A stretch of DNA of 64,000 nucleotides, from positions 3,962 through 67,961 of the forward strand of contig JAFWWU010000089.1 of NCBI GenBank assembly GCA_017523285.1, in the 5' to 3' direction. Source of the DNA: Ruminococcus sp. (GTDB lineage: Bacteria; Bacillota; Clostridia; Oscillospirales; Ruminococcaceae). Positions 30,269-38,448 of the stretch are shown piece after piece. How positions within the stretch are numbered: the stretch's first letter is position 1; each line of letters begins with the position of its first letter. The notes beneath the pieces are model-generated. The model ran no database searches. It saw only the letters and a program-made list of their open reading frames with translations, and was not told the DNA's origin. The position numbers were made by a program, and so were the translations under genes.

Positions 30269-30451
30269 TTAGCACATCAGATCTCTGTTTTCAATGATTT
30301 CGGAAACGTCCTCAAGGGGATGATTCTTCATCTGCTCGAACCTCTTACCGTAGAGGGGAATGACTTTCTCCACTTCAATCTGCATCGGCTTATAGTTATG
30401 AGCCTTGTGATTGAGAAGAGCATTGAATGTGATTTTCTTCATGGGCATCAT
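30269..30451 (-). CDS. orphan 57-60 aa ORF of unknown function inside the hairpin-dense segment
   Basis: Balanced composition (KKITFNALLNHKAHNYKPMQIEVEKVIPLYGKRFEQMKNHPLEDVSEIIENRDLMC) with a long hairpin plus U-run just downstream on the same strand. The SD is weak and no family was recognised. Confidence 0.3.
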   Translation of the reverse strand: MMPMKKITFNALLNHKAHNYKPMQIEVEKVIPLYGKRFEQMKNHPLEDVSEIIENRDLMC

Positions 30452-30724
30452 CTCGCTTTCTTTTTAATAGTATAGTCGGAAACAAAAAATGCCGAACCAA
30501 TCGAGAGTAGTGACTCCCAATCAATTCGGCATAAGAACCAAGAAACCGCCAGAAACTTTGTGAAAGATATTTTGCACTAAAACGAGCAGAATTCGGAATT
30601 TCTCTCCAGATCTGCTCCGAGTTCTCTTGAAAATGAAAAAACGCCCGTTCAAATCCTCTTTTGAGGCTGAAAAGGCAAAATGTCATCTACGGTTTTACAC
30701 TAAAAATTTTCGACGCCAGATACG

Positions 30725-30754
30725 CAAAAAAGCCCGAATAATCGGGCTTTTTTG
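30725..30754 (-). terminator. intrinsic terminator after tRNA-Arg (bidirectional hairpin)
   Basis: AGCCCGA ataa TCGGGCT flanked by A6 and T6. Confidence 0.8.
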
Positions 30755-30782
30755 GCGTGTGATCTTTTTCGTCACATATAGA

Positions 30783-30859
30783 TGGTGCGCTGAGAGGGAC
30801 TCGAACCCCCGACCTACTGGTTCGTAGCCAGTCACTCTATCCAGCTGAGCTATCAACGC
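30783..30859 (-). tRNA. tRNA-Arg (anticodon ACG), CCA encoded
   Basis: Hand-folded cloverleaf: acceptor GCGTTGA/TCAGCGC (one G-U), D arm GCTC..GAGT, anticodon arm ACTGG-CTACGAA-CCAGT, T arm GGGGG-TTCGAGT-CCCTC, then A-CCA. Confidence 0.9.
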
Positions 30860-30878
30860 ACTGTTTTACAACATTAAT

Positions 30879-30907
30879 ATTTTACCACATACAAAATGAA
30901 AAGTCAA
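30879..30907 (-). promoter_or_regulatory. sigma-A promoter for tRNA-Arg(ACG)
   Basis: Minus strand reads TTGACT, 17 nt, extended -10 TGgTAAAAT. Confidence 0.6.
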
Positions 30908-31005
30908 TAAGAATTGAAATGATTTATATAAATTCGTCTGATAGCATAAAAAAATATTTTACTGGTGATATTTTACATTAATATTCACAATTTTAATTTT
31001 GGTGC

Positions 31006-31034
31006 TTGACTTTTTTTCGCTTATCTGATATAAT
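31006..31034 (+). promoter_or_regulatory. sigma-A promoter for tRNA-Lys
   Basis: TTGACT (31006-31011), 17 nt, TATAAT (31029-31034), about 12 nt before the tRNA 5' end. Confidence 0.7.
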
Positions 31035-31046
31035 TATTTATGTTGT

Positions 31047-31122
31047 GAGACATTAGCTCAGTTGGCAGAGCATACGCCTTTTAAGCGTAGGGTCGAGGGT
31101 TCAAATCCCTCATGTCTCACCA
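31047..31122 (+). tRNA. tRNA-Lys (anticodon UUU), CCA encoded
   Basis: Acceptor GAGACAT/ATGTCTC, D arm GCTC-AGTTGGCA-GAGC, anticodon arm TACGC-CTTTTAA-GCGTA, T arm GAGGG-TTCAAAT-CCCTC, then A-CCA. Confidence 0.92.
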
Positions 31123-31152
31123 TTTTTTGTTTTTAAGGAACTTTTATTTCTG

Positions 31153-31179
31153 AAACCACGCATCAGCGTGGCTTTTTTA
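31153..31179 (+). terminator. intrinsic terminator after tRNA-Lys
   Basis: CCACGC atca GCGTGG followed by CTTTTTT. Confidence 0.75.
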
Positions 31180-31258
31180 TTATCATGAAAAATATTTCCA
31201 AAAAATCTGTAACCTTTTAACTTCTTGTGCGTCAATTAAACAGAAGGGAAGTGAAAAC

Positions 31259-31756
31259 TTGAACGACTTAAACGAAATATATGAGCTTTATGTAAATGAT
31301 GTCTTTCGTTATCTCCTGAAATTAACGGGAAACGAAAATGAAGCTGAAGAGCTGACGCAGGAAACATTTTTGCACGCAATCCGTAAAATTGATACTTTTC
31401 GTGGAGAAACATCTATAAAGGCGTGGCTGATTGTTATTGCAAAAAACTGCTATTACAGTGCAATGCGTTCTCCATGGAAATATCCTGCCGAGCTTGACGA
31501 TAATATTCAATCTGAAAAGGCAGAGGATAATCTCTCGGATTGCTTTGTTGACCGTGAAAACGTAAGGCAGATTCATCGTATACTTCATAATATGCAAGAG
31601 CCGTACAAAGAGGTTTTCACGCTTCGGGTATTCGGCGAGCTTCCGTTTAAAGAAATTGCGGAATTATTCAAAAAAACGGAAAGCTGGGCAAAGGTTACAT
31701 TCTACCGAGCCAAAAATCAGATTTTAGACGCTATAAACAAGGAGGATTTAAAATGA
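31259..31756 (+). CDS. ECF-type RNA polymerase sigma-70 family factor
   Basis: Region 2 (AEELTQETFLHAIRKIDTFRGE..KAWLIVIAKN) and region 4 (PYKEVFTLRVFGELPFKEIAELF). TTG start as in the track. The stop overlaps the next start (ATGA). Confidence 0.85.
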   Translation: MNDLNEIYELYVNDVFRYLLKLTGNENEAEELTQETFLHAIRKIDTFRGETSIKAWLIVIAKNCYYSAMRSPWKYPAELDDNIQSEKAEDNLSDCFVDRENVRQIHRILHNMQEPYKEVFTLRVFGELPFKEIAELFKKTESWAKVTFYRAKNQILDAINKEDLK

Positions 31757-32919
31757 AAAATTCATGTGATGTAATTCAGGATTTATTTGTTCCGTATCTC
31801 GATGATACATGTAGTGAAGAAAGCCGCAGGCTTCTCAATGAGCATCTTGAAAGCTGTGAAAAATGTAAAAAAGCATTTGAAAGCTATCAGCAGCCATTGC
31901 TTGAAATTGATATGCAGAGCAATATCAAATCAAAAAAGCCGTTTAAAAAAATTAAACGCAGAGTAAAAACTCTCATTGCTGTTATTGTTTTGCTTCTGAT
32001 TATAATTCTGCCTGTTGCGGTATATCAGATTTACGGACGCACTCATAGCTTTTATGAAGCTGACAGATTGTTTTTAGGGCTTGATGACAGTGATTTTATC
32101 AATGCTGCTCAAGGTCAACAAATAAATAGTTTATCAAGACAAATGTATCGTTCTATGTATTATACCCTGCAAAGCCGTAATGGAACAGCTAAAGAAGATA
32201 TGACCTATGATGAACTTGTAGAAGAAAGAAATGCTCTTTCAAGTGTAAAATGTGATTTTGAAAAAACTGAGATTATTCATGAGGATTATGATGGCGTTGA
32301 AGATATAACTATGATTATTCCTTTGATTTTACCCGACAATAGTGTTCCGACAGTTGTAAAGCTGTATGGAAGACGTATCGGATGTGGTAAATATTGTTTT
32401 ACTGAGTTTATGTTATATCCGAAAAATTTACAAGAAGAAAACTATGATATTATGCTTAGTCAGGTTGGTACAGCACTTGATACCTTGGATATGTGGCCGT
32501 TTTCTGTATCTCGGAACTGGGTTGTAAAGTCATGGAAAAAATATGAGCCTGTTGAAATTACAGAGTCTGAACCTGATAACACTTCTAAGGATACTGGCAA
32601 GAAAATCCCGACAGGTGTTTATGAATATACAGAATCAAGCGGTGTAAAACAAGTTATTACAGTATATGATAATGGAAAATTAATGTTTGAGCTTGAGAAT
32701 TATAAATCTGATAACAGTAGTTTTCCGCATTATGTGCCATCAATGCTCAATCATATTCATCTTACCGCAAATCCTTGTCAATATTTTATAGTTGAAGATG
32801 ATGGCAAATTACAGCTTATGATCCGATATGAAAAAAGTGGTTTAAAAGGTGGTTCAATCACGTTTGAAGAAAACGGGGATATAACATATAAAAAACGAAC
32901 ATATGTAAAACAGCAATAA
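31753..32919 (+). CDS. zf-HC2 anti-sigma factor with one TM helix and a ~290-aa extracytoplasmic domain of unknown function
   Basis: CDVIQDLFVPYLDDTCSEESRRLLNEHLESCEKCK is the H-x3-C-x2-C anti-sigma zinc motif. TM helix LIAVIVLLLIIILPVAV. Translationally coupled to the sigma gene. Confidence 0.8.
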   Translation: MKNSCDVIQDLFVPYLDDTCSEESRRLLNEHLESCEKCKKAFESYQQPLLEIDMQSNIKSKKPFKKIKRRVKTLIAVIVLLLIIILPVAVYQIYGRTHSFYEADRLFLGLDDSDFINAAQGQQINSLSRQMYRSMYYTLQSRNGTAKEDMTYDELVEERNALSSVKCDFEKTEIIHEDYDGVEDITMIIPLILPDNSVPTVVKLYGRRIGCGKYCFTEFMLYPKNLQEENYDIMLSQVGTALDTLDMWPFSVSRNWVVKSWKKYEPVEITESEPDNTSKDTGKKIPTGVYEYTESSGVKQVITVYDNGKLMFELENYKSDNSSFPHYVPSMLNHIHLTANPCQYFIVEDDGKLQLMIRYEKSGLKGGSITFEENGDITYKKRTYVKQQ

Positions 32920-32927
32920 ATAATTCA

Positions 32928-32958
32928 AACCGCCTGTGCAGCCGCAGGCGGTTATTTA
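32928..32958. terminator. bidirectional terminator between convergent genes
   Basis: AACCGCCTG ... CAGGCGGTT, a perfect 9-bp stem. Confidence 0.75.
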
Positions 32959-32965
32959 TATACAT

Positions 32966-33784
32966 TCAATTGAGAACAACCTCATCACCGCTATGAATAG
33001 GATTAAGCTTATCCTGCATAATTCTTTTCATAATATCATAGGCAACCGAGCCTGTGCAATGCCCCGTATAGAAAACGGTATCCATTCCTGCAAGCTCTTT
33101 TGCTGTCAGAGCTATTGTATCAAGGTCGCTCTGAGTGTAATCTCCGTATTTCTTTGTGAGATGAAATCCGCTTATAACATAATCAGGGAGTGATGAAAAA
33201 ATTTCACGATATCTGTCAAGGATATTGAGCATACCATTATGAGCACAGCCCGAAAGCAGTATTTTTTTGCCATTCTGAGTAATAACAAGACATTGCTCGT
33301 GTGAAAAATCGTCGGGAGCTTTGCCGTTTTCCGTATCCATTAAAAGATTGTCATTTCCCGTCGGATAGAATCTGCGTCCTTTTATATTACCGAAAAGAAA
33401 AAGCTCATCGTCAATTTTATAATCTCCGCTTATGTATCGGATATTCGGTAAATCGGCAATAGCTGTATCAGAGCCGATATTGCGTTCACCGCTGTAATGT
33501 GGAGCGAGAGCGTTATCACGCATAAATATATCGGCAGTTCTGTTTATTTTTGAGAAAGGAATAATCCCTCCCGAATGGTCGTAATGACCGTGACTTAAAA
33601 TCACAGTGTCAGCTGTTTTGAGGTCAATTCCGAGAATATCAGAGTTTTTGATAAATGCATCTGAAGCTCCTGTATCAAGGAGAAGTCTGTGCTTTTCTGT
33701 TTCAATCCATATAGATAGTCCATGCTCTGCAATACATTCGCAGTTGCTTCTGCAGGTATCTTCGATTACAGTGATTATTTTCAT
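32966..33784 (-). CDS. MBL-fold metallo-hydrolase
   Basis: ILSHGHYDHSGG (HxHxDH motif) and overall beta-lactamase-fold pattern. Confidence 0.85.
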   Translation of the reverse strand: MKIITVIEDTCRSNCECIAEHGLSIWIETEKHRLLLDTGASDAFIKNSDILGIDLKTADTVILSHGHYDHSGGIIPFSKINRTADIFMRDNALAPHYSGERNIGSDTAIADLPNIRYISGDYKIDDELFLFGNIKGRRFYPTGNDNLLMDTENGKAPDDFSHEQCLVITQNGKKILLSGCAHNGMLNILDRYREIFSSLPDYVISGFHLTKKYGDYTQSDLDTIALTAKELAGMDTVFYTGHCTGSVAYDIMKRIMQDKLNPIHSGDEVVLN

Positions 33785-33950
33785 AAGAGTTTTTACCTTT
33801 CATTATGATACATATTTACAGAAATTATATCATTCAATGCTGATTTTGTCAAATATAACATTGCATTTTCGTGATAAAAATGTTATAATAATTCCTGTTG
33901 CGGTTGATACATTTCAATCAGACATTATGATTATTAACGGAGATTTATTT

Positions 33951-35504
33951 ATGAGTATATTGAATGTTGAGCATGTTACGCACGGATTCGGCGCAAGACA
34001 GATAATGAACGATGTTTCATTCAGATTATTAAGCGGAGAGCATGTTGGTCTTGTAGGTGCAAACGGAGAGGGAAAATCCACATTTCTTAATATAATTACA
34101 GGAAAACTCATGCCTGACGAGGGTACAGTTGAATGGTGTCGTCATATCACAACGGGTTATCTCGACCAGTACAGCACACTTGAAAAGGGAAAGACTATCC
34201 GTGATGTTCTGAGAGAAGCTTTTGTTCACCTTTCTGAGCTTGAAAATGAAATGATACAGCTTTACGATAAAATGTCAGACTGCTCTGAGGAAGAAATGAA
34301 CGACCTTATGGAGGAAGTAGGGGAGATACAGAGTATTCTTGATTACAGTGGATATTATACGATAGATTCTAAAATTTCGGAATATGCAAACGGTCTTGGA
34401 CTTAACGAAATCGGTCTTGACAGAGAGGTTACCGAATTATCGGGCGGACAGCGTGCAAAAGTTCTTCTTGCAAAGGTGCTTCTTGAAAATCCGATGATAC
34501 TTATTCTTGACGAGCCTACAAACTTCCTTGATGAAAACCACATTGCATGGCTTACAAATTTCCTTCAGAATTATGAAAACGCATTTATTCTTGTATCGCA
34601 TGATATTCCGTTTATGAACAGCGTTATAAATGTCGTATATCACGTTGAAAATGCGGTTATGACACGTTATACGGGCGATTATGATAACTTTGTAAGAATG
34701 TATGAGCTGAAAAAGCGTCAGATTGAACAGGCATACGAAAAACAGCAGAAAGAAATTGCAGACCTTGAAGATTTTATTGCAAGAAACAAGGCAAGAGTTG
34801 CAACTACAAATATGGCGAAATCACGTCAGAAAAAGCTTGATAAAATGGATAAGATTACGCTTATGCGTGAAAAGCCGAAGCCTGTTTTCTCATTCAGAAA
34901 GGCAAGAACTCCGGGCAGAGTTGTCATTGACTGCAAGGATATGGTTCTCGGATATGATGAGCCGCTTACAAAGCCTGTTTCAATTCAGGTGGAAAACGGA
35001 CAGAAAATCGCAATAAGAGGTGTAAACGGCATAGGAAAATCCACACTTCTGAAAACGCTTCTGAAAATAATTCCACCTATTTCGGGTACGGTTGAGCATG
35101 ATCAGTTCGTTGAATACGGATATTTTGAACAGGAAGAGGAAAGCACATCACAGACTGCTCTTGACGTTATATGGAATGAATATCCTGCAATGACTAATGC
35201 GGAAGCTCGTGCGGCTCTTGCACAATGTGGACTCACGACAGACCATATCACATCTCAGATGAAGGTGCTTTCAGGCGGTGAAAATGCAAAGGTAAGAATT
35301 TGCAGAATAATGCTAAAGGAAGTAAATCTTCTTGTTCTTGACGAGCCTACAAACCACCTTGACGTTGACGCAAAGGATTCGCTGAAAAAGGCAATAAACG
35401 ATTATAAGGGTACAGTTATTATTGTAAGCCACGAGCCTGAATTCTATATGGATGTTGCTGATACTGTATGGAATATTGAGGAATGGTCAACGAAGATAAT
35501 TTAA
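33951..35504 (+). CDS. ABC-F family ATP-binding protein (tandem NBDs, no TM domain)
   Basis: Two Walker A sites (GANGEGKST, GVNGIGKST), two signature/Walker B sets (LSGGQRAKV..LILDEPTN, LSGGENAKV..LVLDEPTN) and a charged inter-domain linker. ATG 33951 follows GGAG. The 345-nt N-terminal extension in the track overlaps the divergent MBL gene and was rejected. Confidence 0.9.
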   Translation: MSILNVEHVTHGFGARQIMNDVSFRLLSGEHVGLVGANGEGKSTFLNIITGKLMPDEGTVEWCRHITTGYLDQYSTLEKGKTIRDVLREAFVHLSELENEMIQLYDKMSDCSEEEMNDLMEEVGEIQSILDYSGYYTIDSKISEYANGLGLNEIGLDREVTELSGGQRAKVLLAKVLLENPMILILDEPTNFLDENHIAWLTNFLQNYENAFILVSHDIPFMNSVINVVYHVENAVMTRYTGDYDNFVRMYELKKRQIEQAYEKQQKEIADLEDFIARNKARVATTNMAKSRQKKLDKMDKITLMREKPKPVFSFRKARTPGRVVIDCKDMVLGYDEPLTKPVSIQVENGQKIAIRGVNGIGKSTLLKTLLKIIPPISGTVEHDQFVEYGYFEQEEESTSQTALDVIWNEYPAMTNAEARAALAQCGLTTDHITSQMKVLSGGENAKVRICRIMLKEVNLLVLDEPTNHLDVDAKDSLKKAINDYKGTVIIVSHEPEFYMDVADTVWNIEEWSTKII

Positions 35505-35543
35505 GCTGTTATATTTCTTATAAAATCCTTTAATTAGCACATA

Positions 35544-35570
35544 GTAGGGGCGGATATTATCCGCCCCTAC
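35544..35570 (+). terminator. GC-rich hairpin (GGGGCGGAT/ATCCGCCCC type), probable terminator of the ABC-F gene
   Basis: Perfect 12-bp stem GTAGGGGCGGAT att ATCCGCCCCTAC. The T-run is displaced by 8 nt. Confidence 0.55.
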
Positions 35571-35597
35571 GCATTATCGTTTTTGTAAATTGTAATA

Positions 35598-35634
35598 AAA
35601 CCGCCTATGATTGCTCATAGGCGGTTGGTTTTTA
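35598..35634. terminator. second hairpin terminator in the convergent intergenic region
   Basis: CCGCCTATGA ttgc TCATAGGCGG flanked by an A-run and a T-run. Confidence 0.7.
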
Positions 35635-35673
35635 TTACGTATATTATGTTTAATATAACGATTATTAGGTATA

Positions 35674-36384
35674 TTATTTTTTTTCTTGTACAGATTTTTT
35701 TATTTCAAGGTCGTTGCTTTTTATTGTTAAATCAATCTCTTCCATAAAATTATTCTTTTCTGTAACTTTTTCTTCAAGAAAATTTTCATCATCTGTATCA
35801 AGATTATCCATTGGTCCTGATACTTTTTTTGCTTTTAATTCTTCATAATATTCTTTATATCTGTCAATTTTGCTTTCTTCTTTATGCTGTTCGATAAGCT
35901 CATTGAATTGTGGGAAACCCTTGACCTTTGAAAGCGCATTATAATTATCATTTATAAAAATACTTACGATTAGCAGAGGAATCATTGTTGTTGAAAGTGT
36001 ATTATAGCTGAGAACATAATTGGTAAAATAAGCGCTTAGTCCATCACCCGGACTTTTAACTGTTTCGTCAAGGAGTGTGCCTCCGACAGATAATATTAAA
36101 AATGTTATACCATGAAGTATTGCGCCTATAAGACATCCCGAATTTTCTTTGTCGGTTAAACCTTTCATAAAGCTGAAGTAGAAACAAGCGACCTTACCGA
36201 TTAAATCAATAAACAGAAATGTAGGATTAGGTGACATTATCATAAAATACAAATCCATAAATACTGTAAGAATAATGACAAATAAATAGGCTGTTCCTAC
36301 AACCTGATAGTATCTGTTGCAGTTTTTTAATGCGGTTTTGCAGGAAAAATAATCATTTTCATCGTATTTGAATATTTTGAACAT
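35674..36384 (-). CDS. hypothetical polytopic membrane protein with a charged C-terminal tail
   Basis: About 5 hydrophobic segments, then a K/E-rich tail. No family recognised. Confidence 0.5.
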   Translation of the reverse strand: MFKIFKYDENDYFSCKTALKNCNRYYQVVGTAYLFVIILTVFMDLYFMIMSPNPTFLFIDLIGKVACFYFSFMKGLTDKENSGCLIGAILHGITFLILSVGGTLLDETVKSPGDGLSAYFTNYVLSYNTLSTTMIPLLIVSIFINDNYNALSKVKGFPQFNELIEQHKEESKIDRYKEYYEELKAKKVSGPMDNLDTDDENFLEEKVTEKNNFMEEIDLTIKSNDLEIKKSVQEKK

Positions 36385-36431
36385 AAATTAGACTCCTATC
36401 ACATTTTTTGATATATCTGAATAATATGTAA

Positions 36432-36929
36432 TTACAGGGTATTGACTTCCGCTATATTCATTACTACTCCTTTTTCGGAGGAATCTATAATACCATATGA
36501 CGGGCTGAATGAATCTCTTGGACATGATGCGCTTCCGGGATTCATAATGTACATTCCGTCCTGATATGAATTATAACGCTGGTGAGTATGTCCGTAAAGG
36601 ACTATATCACATTCATTTGCTTTTGCACATTCTTTAAGGTCGTCAAGGGAATACTTTACTCCTTGCCTGTGACCATGAACAGCAAATATCTTATGACCGT
36701 CAGCATGAGTTATAATAAAAGGACTTCCGTTCATAGATCCTAAATCACAGTTACCGTCTATAATCATAAATCTGTTTTCTATTTCGGGATATGTCATTAA
36801 AATACGGTCAATTTCTCTTCTTCCGTCACCGAGATGAATGAATATATCAGCAGTATTGATATGTGCGGAAACAATTTTCTCAAGAGCCCTGTAATTGCCG
36901 TGAGTATCTGATATTACTATAATTCGCAT
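36432..36929 (-). CDS. YfcE/MJ0936-family metallophosphoesterase
   Basis: MRIIVISDTHGN, HLGDG, GNCD, HGH, YGHTH. Confidence 0.85.
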   Translation of the reverse strand: MRIIVISDTHGNYRALEKIVSAHINTADIFIHLGDGRREIDRILMTYPEIENRFMIIDGNCDLGSMNGSPFIITHADGHKIFAVHGHRQGVKYSLDDLKECAKANECDIVLYGHTHQRYNSYQDGMYIMNPGSASCPRDSFSPSYGIIDSSEKGVVMNIAEVNTL

Positions 36930-37059
36930 TAAATCATCTCCATTGTTCTATATACAAATAATATATCATATATATAACTAAAAGTCAAATACAGATACAG
37001 GCAAAACGGATTTTTATTTTTGCAAAAATCCTGAACATAACGTTACGGAGGATCTATCT

Positions 37060-37311
37060 ATGAAAAGAGAAAATATTGATTCAAAAAGCATCGAGGGACT
37101 TCTCGGAGTAGTCAGCAAAAAGCTCGGAATGCCGCCTGAAAAGCTTAAAAGCGAGCTTGAAGCAGGTAAATTCGACAGTGCTCTTTCAGCTATGAGTCAG
37201 AGTGACGCCGCAAAATTTCAGCAGGCTGTAAAAAATCCGAAGCTTGTGGAAAAGCTTATGAGTACACCGCAGGCTCAGGCACTTTACAATAAACTCTCAG
37301 GAAACAAATAG
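37060..37311 (+). CDS. hypothetical small helical protein
   Basis: 83 aa, SD GGAGGA, first of four co-directional small genes. Ends in TAG. Confidence 0.5.
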   Translation: MKRENIDSKSIEGLLGVVSKKLGMPPEKLKSELEAGKFDSALSAMSQSDAAKFQQAVKNPKLVEKLMSTPQAQALYNKLSGNK

Positions 37312-37331
37312 AATTAAGCGAGGTAACGGAT

Positions 37332-37691
37332 ATGGACGATGTGTCTGCGAAAATAAGCGAGCTTCTTTCTGACGAAGAAAGTATGAAACAGATTTCTGAG
37401 CTTGCACAGATGTTTATGTCCGATGCCTCAGAAAATTCAGAAAGCACAGACTGCGATAACAGTAATTCAGTCAATCTGTTTGAAAATTTTGATTTCAGTA
37501 AAATATCAAAGCTTACAGAGTTATACGGAGCATTTTCGGAAAACGATAAAAATACTGAGCTTTTGCTTGCTTTAAAGCCGCATCTGAATGAAAATAGACA
37601 GAATAAGGTTGACAAAGCAATAAAAATTCTGAAGCTTATTGCTGTATGGAATATTTTGAAGGATAGCGGACTTTTAAAGGATTTTCTCTGA
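37332..37691 (+). CDS. hypothetical acidic protein
   Basis: 119 aa with SD GAGGTAACGGA immediately upstream. No family recognised. Confidence 0.5.
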   Translation: MDDVSAKISELLSDEESMKQISELAQMFMSDASENSESTDCDNSNSVNLFENFDFSKISKLTELYGAFSENDKNTELLLALKPHLNENRQNKVDKAIKILKLIAVWNILKDSGLLKDFL

Positions 37692-37710
37692 TTTGGCTGT
37701 ATGAAAGGAT

Positions 37711-38064
37711 ATGAAAATTATGTCATACAACAAATGGCAGTTTAATTCTATGCGTCAGGACGCTATAAGACGTTCAAATGAAATGTATCAAAAATCGGCT
37801 GTCAGCTCTGACAGAGCAATCCAAGAAGATAATAATACAAAAGAGAATAATTTTCATCAGAATAAAGCTAATCCCGAAATAAAGGAATCGGCTGGATTTA
37901 ATTCCGCATCTTCTTATAATTTTAATCTGAATAATCCGTTGGCTATTTTATCTTCAAAAGGTCTTGACGCTGAAAAAATTATTATTATTGCTCTTATATA
38001 TCTGCTTATAAAGGAAAAAGCAGATATGAAAATAGTTGCCGCACTTATTTATCTTTTATTATGA
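37711..38064 (+). CDS. hypothetical protein with a C-terminal hydrophobic duplicated LIYLL motif
   Basis: IIIALIYLLIKEKADMKIVAALIYLLL tail. The start may be 37720. Confidence 0.45.
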   Translation: MKIMSYNKWQFNSMRQDAIRRSNEMYQKSAVSSDRAIQEDNNTKENNFHQNKANPEIKESAGFNSASSYNFNLNNPLAILSSKGLDAEKIIIIALIYLLIKEKADMKIVAALIYLLL

Positions 38065-38078
38065 AAGAGTGAAAGCGA

Positions 38079-38324
38079 ATGATATTCAAAATATGTGTTT
38101 CATTTATTATTCTTATTACGATTATTTATTATCTGAAAAGAAAAAGGAAGATTCTCTCTTTTCTTATCGGGAGTATTACGGGAGTTTCTGCACTTTTTCT
38201 ACTAAATAAATTCGGTGAATACATAAATTACATACCGCCTCTTAATCTTTTTAATATTATCGCAAGCGGGATACTCGGAATACCCTATGTCGTTACTTTA
38301 TTTGTAATTAATCTTATTTCTTAA
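38079..38324 (+). CDS. BofA-like small membrane protein (pro-sigma-K processing inhibitor family, tentative)
   Basis: 81 aa with two TM helices. The pattern N..ASGILGIPYVVTLFVINLI resembles the BofA C-terminal helix. Confidence 0.5.
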   Translation: MIFKICVSFIILITIIYYLKRKRKILSFLIGSITGVSALFLLNKFGEYINYIPPLNLFNIIASGILGIPYVVTLFVINLIS

Positions 38325-38448
38325 GGCAAGATATGTTTCATTGCTGAAAATAACAAATTATTCCAACAGGTATTGAAATAATAATAACAATATGCTATAA
38401 TAATATTATTCTCCATAAATAATAAAATAGAATGAGAGGTATAATATT

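Noticed and set aside
30248-30475. A 75-aa plus-strand ORF with a good SD (AGGTGAGG) inside the hairpin-dense segment.
   Set aside because: It is almost fully antisense to the 60-aa minus ORF, and its SD forms the 3' arm of the 30190-30237 hairpin. Its His/Leu/Phe-rich composition looks like a shadow frame. It cannot be excluded without expression data.
30641-30675. A GTTCAAATCC T-loop-like string that suggested a tRNA fragment or att site.
   Set aside because: The flanking bases do not form a T stem or acceptor stem. No matching direct repeat of the tRNA-Arg 3' end was found.
33606-33950. A 115-aa N-terminal extension of the ABC-F ORF in the track.
   Set aside because: It overlaps the divergent MBL gene and the intergenic promoter region. 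The ABC-F homology starts at MSILNVEHV (ATG 33951, with SD).
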